Shown here piece after piece: positions 1-13,545 of a DNA stretch of 64,000 nucleotides. Below the pieces are notes generated by a model. The model did not search any database. It saw only the letters and a program-made list of their open reading frames with translations, and had not been told where the DNA came from. The position numbers were made by a program, and so were the translations under genes. The DNA comes from Camelus ferus (lineage: Eukaryota): the NCBI RefSeq assembly GCF_009834535.1, contig NC_045707.1, positions 56,236,001 to 56,300,000 of the forward strand, in the 5' to 3' direction. Positions within the stretch are counted from its first letter, which is position 1; the number at the start of each line of letters is the position of its first letter.

Positions 1-559
1 AGTAGTAAATCCCTTTTTTATAGTAAAATTCTAACCATTACCCGGTGACATTTTTCATTTTTTTCTGTTTTGTTTATAAAGTTTAAATTTTTTGAGACTT
101 GGTACCTTTCAAAGAAGTAAGGAATTCTTCTAAGTTTTACTCACCCATTGTGCTGTCATGTTGATATATTAGTGTGGTTTGTCACTACTATTAAAATCTT
201 ATATATTTATTAGCAGTATTTTATTTTAATTAGTTGGACCATCAAGAATTGTCAGCTCCTAGGAGATGAGGGATTGTGTCTGCAAAGTCAGCTTTACTCT
301 TTTGTACATTTGGTTAATTTATCATTTTAGAACACAGTGTTGAATCCTCCTTTTACTTTATTATTGTATATAACCAGTGAAGCTGATTAGCTGTGGCCAC
401 CCTTTGAATGTGATTAATTATATGTGCTGATCAGGCTTTCCTCTTCTTGCTACTGAATCTACTTTTACTGGGATAGCTTGGCTTTCTTATGTACAATTTT
501 GATCACAAGAGGAAATCAATAAACGCAATAAACGCCTTAAGAGAAATAGAGAGTAAAAG

Positions 560-775
560 ATAAAAAATAAAGAAAAGAAGTAAGATGTTAAAAAGTATTT
601 GAGAGACAGTGACGGTTATCAATGGCAGAAAAGGAAGACCAAACACACACATAAAAAGGAGATCCTGAGGACAAAAACTAAAGCAGTGGAAGAGAACAAA
701 TATTAGAAAACATACATCAAGGGAACTTTTCTTGAAACCAAAGATGGCTAGAAACTACCCATTGGAAGAGCAGCT
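560..775 (+). mobile_element. Old L1/HAL1 ORF1-like remnant
   Basis: A-rich sequence resembling degraded L1 ORF1 (..ggagatcctgagga..aaatattagaaaacatacatcaagggaacttttcttgaa..). Confidence 0.4.
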
Positions 776-940
776 GAATTCATTCCTGCTTATGAAACAG
801 CTAATTATATTCTGAGCTTGTGTGTTTCTTGTGATACTTCACCAAATGCAGTCAATGGAACTAACATTTGCTCCTAACATTTCGTCTTTCAACTTCTTCA
901 CTAAGGCTTCAATTACAATACTAATTCCTGGTACTAAGAC

Positions 941-1310
941 TGTATTAGCCAGGATAGACCAGATGATGCTGTGTTTACTAACAATCCCCAAATCTCAGTG
1001 GCTTAAACAATAAGGCTTTTTTTTTTTTTTTCTCATGTTGTGTCTCTCTTGCAGGTCAACTGGAGGCTCTGCCTCATGGTTTTCTTATTCTAGAATCCAG
1101 ATGAAGATCTGGACCACTGCCAGCAGCCAAGACAAAGGATGAGAGTTCCCAAGGACCTTGGATCAATAATTAAATGGACAATTTGGGAGGGATTCGTGTC
1201 TTACTCATCCTTAATTTACAAAAATTAATAACATGGCCCCATGTAAACATGACATGGTCAGGAAATATATTCGTATCCTGGAAGAGGGGTGAAACAGTAT
1301 TTACCAAACA
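941..1310 (-). mobile_element. MaLR MLT1-type LTR remnant
   Basis: Starts tgtattagccaggatagacc..aacaatccccaaatctcagtggcttaaacaa, typical of an antisense MLT1J/K-like LTR. Confidence 0.55.
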
Positions 1311-1576
1311 ACACTCATGATCTTCAATGTAATTGGACACAAATGCTATTTTATACTTTGTTTTTATCACATAACAGTATTTTAGAATTCTTCCTATCAG
1401 CAAAACTTTGTATCATTTTTCATAGCCTCATTAGTAACCCATTATACACATAATAATCATTGATTTAGCCTTTCTGTTGCTGGTGAACATTTAGTAGGTT
1501 TTGCTATAAATATCATTATATCGAACACCTCTGTACATAAATCTCTTTGTATAAGTCAAAGTGTATCTTTAAGATA

Positions 1577-2158
1577 TAAGAAAGAAAAAGGCAGCCCCTG
1601 ACATCACCGACAGATAGGCTTCAGTGTTGTTTGAAGCTAGCAAGGCACTCACAGCTGGACCATATTGTTCTTGTGCTGGAAATAAACAATCTCACAGAAC
1701 ACCGACATCAAACAAGTTCACTCTGAAACCATCCTAAAATTAGTCTAAATAAGACCACTTCATAATTTTCTCTAAGCACAGACAAAAACAAGGTCACTGC
1801 ACAAACACCACAAAATACCAGTCTCTCTTCTGCTTAATGAGACTGGTTACTGTTTCTTTACTGATTACAGCTTTTGCCTCATTCTAGTCTACCTTTCCTC
1901 TAGGTAAGATTGAGATAATCATAGACTGGTCCTGACTTTCTGACAGCACCCAATCCAGAGCAAAGTCTCACTTCTTGGATTCTCCCCCAAAGCATCCAAA
2001 GATGAAATCTTGTAACAGGGAGTTAGAAATGAACCCTCTCACTGAGGCATCTCACCACTTCCTGTAGTACACATTCTGTTTTGCTGTAACAAGTCATAAA
2101 TCCAACTAGTTCAACACCAGGCATGTTCCTGGTACTCTTTGACTGAAAGACATTGGCA
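1577..2158 (+). mobile_element. ERV1-type solo LTR (MER34/MER39-like) interrupting an old antisense L1 remnant
   Basis: Ends ...cattggCA with a possible degenerate 4-bp TSD GATA/GGTA. The flanks (1370-1576, 2159-2710) read as continuous antisense old L1. Confidence 0.5.
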
Positions 2159-3592
2159 GGTACGATCCTTGAAGATAAATTACACAGCAGTAAGGTAGTA
2201 CAATTTTGAGCAAAACTGGCAATTGCCCTTTAAAAAGATTGCACCCATCAAAGATGTGTGAAAAGGTCTATTTCCTTACAGCTTTGTATAAAACCAACAT
2301 TAAAAAAATTTTTGCTAATCTAATATATGAAAAGTAATGTCTGCTTTTGATTTATATTTCTTTAATTATAACTGAAGTTAAGCATCTTTTCATATTTTAA
2401 GCCATTTTTTCCTCTTAATAACTTACACTCAGTTTCCTATTGGGTTTGTCTCTCCTTTTGATTTGTAAGTGTTCTTTCAGCATTAAGGATATTTTTTTCC
2501 GTGTGTGTCATATGAGTTATAACTGTTACCAGTTAGTTACTTGCCTTATTGTTAATAAAATTGTTTTACTGTAGACATGTAGTTTTACGCAAAATTTTTT
2601 TCTCCTTTATGGCTTCTGATTTTGTATGTTAACTAATTCTCACTTTAAAATTATAAAAATAAAAAGTATCCCATGTTCTCTTCTAGTACTTTTAGAGCAG
2701 ATATTTTCTGTTCTTATACTTCCCCCCGACAGCAAATGCCTTTGATCCTCATGCTTTCCACATGGACAATTTCACAATTATTGGTGCTATCTTTTCTTAG
2801 TTTGTTCCTACTAATTTGGTGTTTTACTTTCAGTTTCTTTAAAAGCTTCCCCCGGTCTGATGCGTAACTATTGTTTATGATTCTGTTTTTTTACCTTTCT
2901 CTACAGCAGTAATCCCTAAAGAAAATAGTGAGAAACTACTCTGCCATTCTCAGCTATGTATTATTGGGTAAGTCTGCTCCAGAGAAGCCCTCGAAACTCT
3001 CAATGGCTTAAGTCGAATAGTGATTGCATCTCCTGGCCATTATGGTCCAAAATAGGACGAAGGGCCTCACTGGAGATAGTTACATACAAGGGACACTTTT
3101 TCGCCCTTTTTAGAAGGAGGAATTTACTCTCTCTTCTGCAGGAGCTAAAGAACCCTTCTTCTCTTAGTAGGTATGGTGTGAAGATGTGAAGCTTGGAACA
3201 AGGCAGCTACTTTTCAACTCTGATGGACAAGCTTGAATTTACTGAGGTTTCCATGTGAACCCTGAAGGGTAAGGCAGACACACCTTGGAAGGCTGAGGGA
3301 AGGACTAGAGAGAAACAATGCTGACATTGTTGGAATTGCTAGATCCAGCCCTGCCTGAATCTAGTCTTACATCTGGATTTTTCACTTAGGTGAGATAATA
3401 AATATGTCCCCCTTTAAAAAGCCAATGGGAGTTGCATTTTATGTCATTTGTAACCAAAGAACTCCTGATACATTTTTTTTTTCTTTCTGTCTATTATCTG
3501 TTAATGTTTCTAAAAGTTCTGCCTTCTAATTTCATTTCACTCTAAGTCAGAGCTGCCCCTGGTGGGCTATGTTCTGATTCTGGCTTATAGCT

Positions 3593-3596
<4 letters not shown>

Positions 3597-3636
<40 letters not shown>
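3597..3636. repeat. (AC)20 microsatellite
   Basis: Perfect dinucleotide run. Confidence 0.98.
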
Positions 3637-3638
<2 letters not shown>

Positions 3639-5055
3639 CTGCCTTACACTGGGCACATGTCCCTTTGTTTACTCACCTGTCTGGTTTCCCTGGGTTTTTG
3701 GGTTTGTGATCCTGATCTACAGCATGGTAGATAAGAGGTATGAAGAAGAGGAGGGAGTTCAGGCTTGTTTCCATGTAGAATAAGAAAATAATGACCCCTA
3801 TAGGATATCTTCACTACTTTAGAGTAATCTCTATTTGTCTTTCTCAAAGTATTCAGTGAATTGCCAGCCCTACAGGGAGTCCTTAATAAAAAGATTAATT
3901 AAAAAATTAAAAATTCCTTTTCCAAAGTCTGTGAAATGCAAAGCTAGTTAAAATAAGAAGTCTTAAAGTTATTTTCTCTCTGCTTAATTTGATACATTAT
4001 ATATGCATAAAAACCCATCTCATAATTGAATGATACTTTAATGAACGTGCTAATGGTGGCATAAAGCTTTTTAAATTCAAAAAGATCTAAAAATATCTCT
4101 CCATTCTTATCTCTAACACATTCTACTTTATATAAATCCAGCTTGACTGAGTCTAAATGACACTCAGTGGCACACTTTAGTTCTTTACAAAAGGCTGCAC
4201 TAACAAGCAAATGTAATCGCAAGATGCTATCAGCCCTTCCAAGCAGGAGAAAGAAATCAGTCCTAGGCTGGAGACATGTCTGGGAGGATTGCTTGCCCTA
4301 AGTCAAAGAGGACAGGGATATTTTCTAAGCGAGTCTGATTTCTGTCCTGGTAAATGACCAGGCACCCTGACCCTTGGTGGATTACAACTGGCAGTTATAA
4401 AAAGCAGCATTATACAGATAAGAGCTTTTATTTCTAAAATAAAAATCCATCATACTGAAAATAGGGGTATTTGAATAATATATTTATCTAGAAAGTATCT
4501 TTAATATATACACTCTACATTATGTGTGAAAGTGTACTTTCATAAGTATTTCTATAAATATTTTATAAACATTATTCATGTATCATGTTCTTATAAGAAA
4601 GATATGTTTATTTCTTTGTGTTAAGATTCAAGGTCAAGATTAAGGTTAAGGACATATAAATTCTGTTCAGTGTTCAAAATCTAATCATTTCATTGATCAG
4701 TTTGAATATGGAGTTGGACATGAGAAAGGGGAAAAGTGAAGTCAAAGGCTGCTGAATCCTAATAATAGCTGCCATCACTGAGTACTTACTGTATGGCAGC
4801 AGGGTATCGAAAATGCTCTATTTCTTATGGAGCCCTTCCAAAACACCCTTATCCTTTCCTTGCCCAAGGACTCTAGAAGAGTTTTAATTGTTGATTTATG
4901 GGCATGTGGTCTTTGTCAGGAATCCTGCCCCAGAGATCAAGAGGAAGATATTCATGAGGAGAATGCAAGTAGGAGATGTTGTTATGCACTAGCCTGTGCA
5001 GTCGCATGCTCCTTTCTCTAGTGTTTCCATGTAGTTAAGTCTAACGCAAACACTG

Positions 5056-5240
5056 CAGGCCAGGTGAGCCTCACTAATTTATATGCTGCCTTTGTGCAAA
5101 TTAGGAAAAGGACTCCTCTCTGGGCAGGCAGGCCAGGCAGGGCTGGCCACAGGAACATGAGTTGTATTTCCACCAACACTAACTCACTTTGTCAGGCACC
5201 CTTGTGCAGAACACAACCTAGCATACCATTTCCTGTGTCT
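5056..5240 (-). mobile_element. MER91-like hAT DNA transposon remnant
   Basis: gcctttgtgcaaattaggaaaagg ... ggcacccttgtgcagaacacaacc resembles the reverse complement of MER91. Confidence 0.5.
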
Positions 5241-6525
5241 CGGCTGAGGAAAAATACAGGGAAAATGAGGATAATCCAACAAAGCTGAAGCAGGGGCCCC
5301 TGAGGTCATGATGGTAGTGGCACAATGAGTCATCGTGACCTTCGAGAGAAGCTGAATCACAAGGTCAGTCTACGGATCTGTGACCCCTGTTCATGTAGAG
5401 ATTGTTTTTCATTTGAGAGACTTGGGAAGCCCAAATTTACTTTTATCAACGAAGTTATAGGGGTCGTTTAGTTACAGAGACTGTCTTTTAGAAGAAAAGG
5501 ATCTCAAATAGATTAGAAGTAAACTACAGGGATATGAAAAAGCAAAGAGACTGTCAACTGGTTAACTACAAACTATGGAAGTTTGCACCATGATCTACTT
5601 GGAACGCTTCCTAGAGAAGAGGTGATTCAAAGAGTCAAAGAAGCAGAAATAGTAAGATCAGTGTGAGGAAATTTTGACCAGGTACATTGAAGACAACTGG
5701 AAATAGTACAGTGGACAAGGATATTCAGACAAAAGAGATTAAGTGATATGGGAGCACTGAATACAAACAACTTGAAATAAATTTATGCTAATGATGTCTA
5801 TCCATCAAGTCCCATCTTGATTACGTGCTGTTTGGTTTTTACCAAATAATTTGCCCTCTCTGAGCTTTTGTTTATTGACCTATAAAAGAATACTGAGGAT
5901 TAAAAGAAACATAAGAACAACATCCACCCACTTCTGATGATTAAATCAAACGAGGTGTATTGAAGTGCTTTGTAACCTGTGATGCACTATGTCAAGTGGT
6001 ATATCTTTTTATAATTTATCATTTATTTAAACAGCCTCTGCCCATAAGGCAATATGTCAGATCCTGAAGGATGTCAACTGCCAACTCTCTCAAAAAACCT
6101 AGGTAACCACCTGGATAACAAAGCAACATTGAGTCATTATGATATTATTATACTACTATTGTTATTGTATTATTACATTATACTATAGTAATATACTGCT
6201 AGTATATCACCTCGATGAAGTCTTAATAGGAACTCTGAAGGAAGAGGTCAGAGACAGATATTTATGGGGGTTAAAGTCTGGGCCCCTTGGTTTAATCCTG
6301 GTCTTTCAAGGCAGGGATCTGCTTGGGATTGGGAAAATTTCATGATACAAATAGTTTAAGATTGGTGGTCATAGACAGGTGAGGATATTGAAGTGATTTT
6401 TGATGAGTAAAAGATTATTTCATCAGCAAGCCGCTGGCCAGATGAGCAATCTCTTGTCCTAAGAAGGCAACTGGTGGAATAGTTTATTTTTCTGAATGAA
6501 TTTTCTTTAAGTTCCTGAAGTAAGC

Positions 6526-7043
6526 TGGAGAGTAGCAGAATGTATGTCTACCAAAATATGCCTCTTTAGTATAATGATTATTTTGCACTGATCATTTTTA
6601 AGAAACTGCAGACACTGGAGAAGCCCTGAAAACAGAGTAGCAATTACCCTGCTCTGTAAGGAAAATCTCCATTTATAAAGGAAATTTATGTGAGAAGGGG
6701 GTCTATACCTGGAAAAGAGCTATTACCAGAGAGAATCTTTTTTACCTGACTTACCTGGAAAGCAGAATAACCTTTATTTATCTAACATTTGCTCCCTCCA
6801 CCTTTCCGTGAATAGCCCTGCCCCCTTTGAAGCCTCAGTCCGCTACTTGCTGTCCCTTTCCTTTGCTCTAGAAGCCTCTGTTGCCTGCCTACGTTTTAAG
6901 TCTCGTATCTTTGTGGAGCTCCCTTATGTGTGTACATAATTAAAAAAATTGTTTTTTCTCTTGTTAATCTGACTTTTATTACAAGGGGATTCTCAGCCAA
7001 GAACTGTGAAGGATAGAAGGAAAATTAATTTTCCTCCTCTACA
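6526..7043 (+). mobile_element. ERV1-class solo LTR
   Basis: TGGAGAG...CTCTACA termini (imperfect inverted repeat), 4-bp TSD AAGC at 6522-6525 and 7044-7047, ATTAAA near 6940. Confidence 0.75.
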
Positions 7044-7145
7044 AAGCAATGAAGTAATCTGGTTTATAGCCTTATCTTCCCAGAAAAAAAAAAAAAAAAA
7101 AACAAAAAACCAGTAAAGTCATATTGACATAGGCAGTCTTAGTTC

Positions 7146-8787
7146 TGTTGCAATAAACCATCCAGGCCCAAGATGGAGCTGCTCCTGCCAAAGTGCCATG
7201 TCAGCAAATCAGAATTTATAAAACTTTTGGGGGGAGGGTAATAGCTCAGTGGTAAAGTGCATGCTTAGTATGCATGAGGTCCTGGGTTCAATTCCCAGCA
7301 CCTCCCTTTAAAAACATTTTTTTTAAGTGGTTTAAAAAAATTTTTAGGTAACTTTTATGTTCTTGTAAATGTTCCACATGACCAGAAACACAGTCAGCCT
7401 GAAACTGAGCCCCTTAAAACTGAGTTGTCCTGCTAAGTTTGTGATTAATCTCTCCATCCAAAACTTTATTCCCTTTCTTGTCCTGCCCCTGTTCTCCTCA
7501 GGATTGAGGGGTATCAAAGAAAATGGGGCACTGAAACCGATCAGGACCTTGTGGGGCCTTCCCAGCTACAAAAACCCATCTGTGTCACCCCACTCCTCCA
7601 TTTGTTTGTAGGAAGAGAAAAGGCCTCAGTCTCCTAAGCCTTCCCTGAGATGCAAAGAGCAGGCTCGAGCAGTTATGATTAGAAAAATAGAAGCCACAGG
7701 ACTCCTAGTTCCCCCTGAAGGGATAAAGATAACAATCTGACACATTTTTGAGTGACTCTGCAGAAACTAAGACCCCCCCAGCCCCTGTCTGCAAGGGAGG
7801 ATGATGACTATAAGCTAACCACAAGCGTCCTGGACTTTTTTGTTACCTTACCACCAACCAATCAAAAAAGGTCCACGAGCTGATCACACATCTGAAGACC
7901 CTCTCCCCTAGCACTGTCTTTAAAAACCCTTGCCTAACAGCCATTAGAAAGTTTGAGACTTGAGCATGAGCTGCCAGTTCTCCTTGGTTGTCACCTCGCA
8001 ATCAACACTATACTTTCCTTCACCAGGACCCAGTGTCAGGAGACTGGCTTTGCTGCAAATCTGGAAAGTGGACCCAAGTTAAGTTCGGCATGAAACAAAA
8101 TTCGTATTTTATGGCAAGACAAGAAAAAATTTAAACATAAAAAAGTCTTCTCTGTCCTTTGGCCTCCTCTCTCCCTGCATAGTGCATTGTGTATCTGCAT
8201 CATGCATTGAGCAAATCTCCCATCAGCAGCCATACTGGCTCAACCATAAGGAGCAACATTCACCCAGCAGCAACAAGACAACTCCTTAAAAGATAACATT
8301 CCTTCTTGATCTTCTAAAGGTTCACATGACCCGCCAGGATGGCTTAGAGCTGAATCATGTAAACTGTCAATAATACGTCATTTGACTGATGTACAGCCTT
8401 CTGTCTCAAAAACCGTATATAACTGTGCCTTGATTTCTGACCAGCAGAACAGTTCTCTGAGCTTTCTTAGATGTTCTTCCTGGATTATAATCCTCAAATT
8501 TGGCTCCAATAAAATTTTCCATTTCTTTCTTAGATCAACTGATTAATGTTTCATTGACATAGGTAACAAGCCAATACCCAAATGCCAAGCTAACTGTGGG
8601 CTCTTTACTGATATCCTTGTTTCTTACGCATTTTTCCCCTCTTGCTTGTTCCTTATTCTTTCCTCTTTAAAAGCTTACTGCTTTCTCTCCTGCCTCCCTG
8701 TTTTCCTAGTGGAGACTGTCCATTCATGAAGTATTAAATAAAGTTTGTTTGTATCACCTAAATTGTCTTCTTTAATTATTTTTAATA
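7146..8787 (+). mobile_element. Composite of nested ERV LTRs: outer LTR with inner LTR segments (~7532-8090, ~8091-8559)
   Basis: Outer TG start at 7146, AATAAA at ~8737, possible TSD GTTC/GTTT. Inner segments have their own LTR-like TATA and poly(A) motifs (e.g. AATAAA ~8508) and ends in CA. Confidence 0.55.
7229..7314 (+). mobile_element. Camelid tRNA-Ala-derived SINE (Vic-1-like)
   Basis: GGGGAGGGTAATAGCTCAGTGGTAAAGTGCATGCTTAGTATGCATGAGGTCCTGGGTTCAATTCCCAGCACCTCC with Pol III A and B boxes. Homologous copies at 13881 and 39134. Confidence 0.88.
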
Positions 8788-9039
8788 GTTTTTAGTCTTA
8801 GGAGTAGTAGTCTTATTTTCAGGGATATATAAAGATATTTGGAAAGAAAGCCTGGTGCTGTGGAATAGGCTAGGATGTTGGACCTATTGATTTCTAGGTG
8901 TAGTTCTTGGAAAATTATTAAATTTCCTCATTTTTGAAAATTGAGACTAACTGTGTTAGTATGACAACTATTTCAGGTAATTCTTGTCCAGGAAGGTAAG
9001 AATGTACACTAACATATAATTTCACTTTTTGTTTTAGGA

Positions 9040-9434
9040 AAATCTTGCAAATTAGTTTTTCTGGGCACAGTTTGCTCATTCTGGCCAACAGTTCTTCTAA
9101 CAGAACAACAGATTATTCATCTGAGCAAACAACTTACTTAATAGAAAACTTTACTATCAAGACTCCTTTAAAACCTTCATCATGCTGTGTCCTCTAATTT
9201 TGAACTATTGTGTCACAAACTGTGCCCAGTCCCAATAAATTTCCTCATAGGAAAGATCACATTCAACCACTTAATCTCAGATTCCATATCCTGTACATAC
9301 CCTTCCCTGCTCTTTCAAGATGGTACCAAGACTTGTCAGAGTGGTGTGCCCCTTCCTGCAGTAAGGCTACTAAACTTAGCTTCACCTAATCAACAGAATT
9401 TTATAATGGTCTCTCTTGGGTTCCATAATTGACA
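9040..9434 (+). mobile_element. ERV1 LTR remnant (MER34/MER31-like)
   Basis: Ends ..taaacttagcttcacctaatcaacag..ttgaCA and resembles the LTR at 55926-56378. Confidence 0.45.
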
Positions 9435-9939
9435 TCTTAAAAAAGGGAATGCTAACAAACACCTTCCAGGTAGGTTATAAGGATTAGAATACGTAGGTAT
9501 GAAAGTCCTGAGTACAGTGTCTGGCATACGACAGGGGCTTCTTCAATGCTGGTCATTATTATTATAAGTTTCAGAAAGATTCCAACAAAGGTGCCCTTTC
9601 CCAAATATAAGGGTTGTATTTCTGAAAATCCCTTTGGTAGAATTAACAGATTTAAGAATATAAGAAGTTAGGAAAAGGAAGATAGGGTCTTGAGAGATTA
9701 CATATGAACTTACGAAGTTCCCTAAAAATGTTTTACATTTCCCAAAATAAAACAATGATAATATATAATATGCACACTTAATTATGAGAATAATACTCAT
9801 ATTTGCATATTTTAAATACAATTAATTTCCAATTACCATTCCCAGTTGCCTAAAAGAAAACCAGATTTCCTTTCTCAGTTTCAAGGAGGTAACATTCATT
9901 TTACTTGGTTGAATACAATATGCCATTCAGAATTAGCCA

Positions 9940-10670
9940 AACTCAAGGTGAAGAACACAATCTTCCAGATTGCCAAGTCAGTCCAAAACTTGATACCAAT
10001 GGCAAGTTTGGGGATTTCCCAAAACTATCATCAGCTTCCATAATTCACTAGAACGACTCACAGAATTTAGGGAAAGGCTATACTTGCAATTACAGTTTTA
10101 TTATAGCCAAAGGATACAAATCAAAACTAGCCAAAGAAAGAGATGCACAGAGCTGAATCTGGGATTGGGAGGGCACTGAATGCAGAGCTTCTGTGTCCTC
10201 AGGGACACCTTACCCTTCCTGCACCAAGATGTGGTAATCCGTGCATGAAGTATTGCCAACCCAGGAAGCTCACTGGAGCCTCAGTTTCCAGATTTTTTTA
10301 CTGACATTTTATTATGTAGGTATGATTGAAGTATTGCCCATGTGGTTATACTCAATATCTACTCCTTTCCCCTCCCCTGAGTTCAGGCTGATAACCATGA
10401 CTCAAAGCCTCAATCCTCCTATCACATGGTTGGTGTCTGCATGTGGCCAGCCTCCATCCTGAGTCATCTTACTAGCAAACAATCTATCTAGGGGCCCTCC
10501 CAGAGTCATCTCATTACCTCATCACCATAAACTATCAGGTGTGGTCTGAGGCATCCACCATGAATAACAAAGATGCCTCTACTGCATGGGGAAACTCAGG
10601 GTTTAGAGTTTAGCTCCCAGGAGCAGGGACAAAAGCCACACTGTTCTCTGAGTAAAGTCAACTCTTCAAT
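9940..10670 (-). mobile_element. MER21-like LTR
   Basis: ctcacagaatttaggg..tacagttttattatagccaaaggatacaaatc matches MER21-family antisense sequence. A related copy lies at 26030-26840. Confidence 0.6.
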
Positions 10671-11875
10671 TACTTTAGACATTATTTCTAATTCTCAGTA
10701 GAATTACTGTGATAAAGTCACATTTTGATGGTTAAGAAACTGAATGCTTTACCTGATGTGAGACTGTAATTTAGCGTGTAGCTACAGCTACTTAGCTCTA
10801 ACTAGAACCCTGACCTGTCCAGCTTCAAAAGATCGCACCCTTCCTACTACGTCTAGCTTCATTTCACTGTCCACAAATATAAACAGGCACCATACATGCC
10901 ACTACAATCCCCACTCCAACACCTCCTATGACTGCTCATCCATCTAAATAGTCAATACTTTTCAGCTTTTTTTTCTTTTTAGGTAAAAATACCTAAGTTA
11001 CACTCCTTAGATAAGAACTTGGAGTGATAGCAATACACTCTGTACGTTTTTATAGGTAAGGAAAGGTGGACATGTGGTAAAATTAAAGGAATTCATCTTT
11101 CAGTGTTCTTTGGTTGTAAGGAACAGAAAATACTTCTGGATAAGTTGCAAAAGGAAATTTCTTGGAAAGATTTGAAGTAATTCATAGAATTAAAGGAGAA
11201 GCCAAGGAACCAAGTATTACAGTTCCCTGGGCAGAGGGGCAACTGGCCTAGTTTGAGTTATGTTTCTTGTATCCTGACAGCCATAAGCAGCCGTCATGAA
11301 AAGGAAGAGGGGTAATACCCTGTAGAAAAATCAAAGTGCTGCTATTGTGAGGAGGACGAACGTATGCTTAAGAGATGGGGCGGGGAGAAAGAGATTCTCA
11401 CACCAAGGGGAATTAGTCATGATGGAAATACATGCACACATATAAGTATAAGAGGGACATTAATTACAATCTCTACGAAAAGATTGAAGGACAAAAACAA
11501 GCCCTCGCTTATGTACACAGAAAAAATTAAAGACGAGACTCACAATATTAGGTTAGTGGTAGTGAAGAAATTTGCTTTAGATAAATCAAGTTCTGAATGA
11601 CTAAAATATACCAAAAACTTGAACTGGTTTATCTGATTTTTTCCACTGTGCTTTACAGTGTAACATAGTGTCAGCAGTGATAGTGCCAAAAATAAGATGG
11701 CATCTAATCTACCTTGATAAAAACACAACCTACACAAAAGCAGGGTGCTTGCTGTGGGAACCACAGCTCTTGAGCTATAACCCCCTCAGTTTCCACTTCT
11801 ACCAGGGTTGTTGTCCTATGCAATGGATTTACTGCAAAAATGTCTCAATTTCTACCCCTCTTTATGCCCTGCCAG

Positions 11876-13545
11876 TTTTTTTAAACCATTCTTTTAAATT
11901 GAAGTATAGTTAATTTACAATGTTCTGTTAGTTTCAGGTGTACAGCAAAGTGATTCAGTTATACATATATAGATTCTTTTTCAGATTCTTTTCCCTTATA
12001 GGTTATTACAAGATATTGAATATAGCTCCCTGTGCTATACAGTAGGACCTTGTTTATCTATTTTTATATACAGTAGTGTGTTTACATTAATCTCAAACTC
12101 CTAATTTATCCTTCTCCCCACCCCCTGCTTTCCCCTTTGGTAACCAGGTTTGTTTTCTATGTCTGTGAGTCTATTTCTGTTTTGTAAATAAGTTCATTTG
12201 CATCACTTTTTTTGATAACAAATATAAGTGATATCATTTACTTGTCTTTCTCTATCTGACTTACTTCACTTAATATGATAATCTCTAGGTCCATCCATGT
12301 AGCAAATGGCATTATTTCATTCATTTTAATAGCTGAATAATACTCCATTTTATATAGATATAAATCTATATACCACATTTCCTGTATCCATTCATCTGTC
12401 AGTGGGCATTTAGGTTGCTTCCATGTTTTGGCTATTCTAAGTTGTTCTGCTACGAACATTGGGGGTACATGTATCTTTTCAAATTAGAGTTTTCTCATGA
12501 TATATGTCCAAGAGTGAGATTGATGGATCATATGGTAACTCTATTTTTAGTTTTTTAAAGAAACTCCATATTGTTCTGTATAGTGGCTGCACCAATTTAC
12601 ATTTCCACCAACAGTGTAGGAGGGTTCCTTTTTCTTCACACCTTCTGCAGCATTTATTATTCATGGACTGTTTAATGATGGCCATTCTGAATGGTGTGAG
12701 GTGATACCTCACTGTAGTTTTGATTTGCATTTCTCTAGTAATTAGTGATAAGGAACATCTTTTCATGTGCCTGTTGGCCATCTGTATGTCTTCTTTGGAG
12801 AACTGTCTAGGTCTTCTGTCCATTTTTCTTTAATTCTTTTTTTACTTTAAAAACATTTTTTATGTTGAGCAGTATGAGCTGTTTGTACATTCTGGAAGTT
12901 AAGCCTTTGTCAGTCATATCATTTGCAAATATTTTCTCCTAGTCTATAGGTTGTCTTTTTGTTTTGTTTACTGTGCAAAAGCTTTTAATTTTAATTAGGT
13001 CCCATTTGTTTATTTTAGTTTTTATTTCCATTACCCTAGGAGATGGATTCAAAAAAAATAGCTGGGACTTCTGCCTATGGTTTCTTCTAGGAGTTTTATC
13101 GTATCCGGTCTTATGTTTAGGTCTTTAATCCATTTTAAGTTTACTTTTGTATATAGTGTTAGAGAATGTTTTAATTTCATTCTTGTACATGTGGCTGTCC
13201 AGTTCTCCCATAACCACTTGTTGAAGAGACTGTCTTTTCTACAGATTCAATTCAATCTCTATCAAATTACCAGTGGCATTTTTCACAGAACTTGAATAAA
13301 ACACTTTTAAAATGTGTATGGAAACACAAAAGACCCTGAATAGCCAAAACAATCTTGAGAAAGAAGAAAGCAGCTGGAGGAATCACACTCCCTGACTTCA
13401 GACTATACTACACAGCTACAATAATCAAAACAATGTAGTACTGGCACAAAAACAGACACATAGATCAATGGAACAGGATAGGAAGCCCAGAAATAAAACT
13501 ACACACTTATGGTCAACTAATCTATGACAAAGGAGGCAAAAACAT
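11876..13545 (-). mobile_element. 5'-truncated L1 with 5' inversion (antisense 11876-13240, inverted sense 13238-13545)
   Basis: Minus-strand ORF2 C-terminal remnants ([11 protein letters not shown]..., KTWKQPKCPLTDEW) and 3' UTR. The plus-strand block is the immediately upstream part of ORF2. Degenerate TSD ATGCCCTGCCAGTTT / ATGTCCACCCAGTTT. Confidence 0.9.

Noticed and set aside
7229..7306. tRNA-Ala(AGC) gene (also at 13881 and 39220-39295)
   Set aside because: The copies carry CpG-decay mutations and an extra 5' GGGGA, and some have SINE tails and a TSD. This copy's anticodon is mutated. They are tRNA-derived SINEs.
12238..13295. ORFs with reverse-transcriptase-protein similarity (also 42886-43796, 49531-49728, 52682-53647)
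   Set aside because: These are frameshifted fragments or antisense readings of truncated L1 ORF2, not functional genes.
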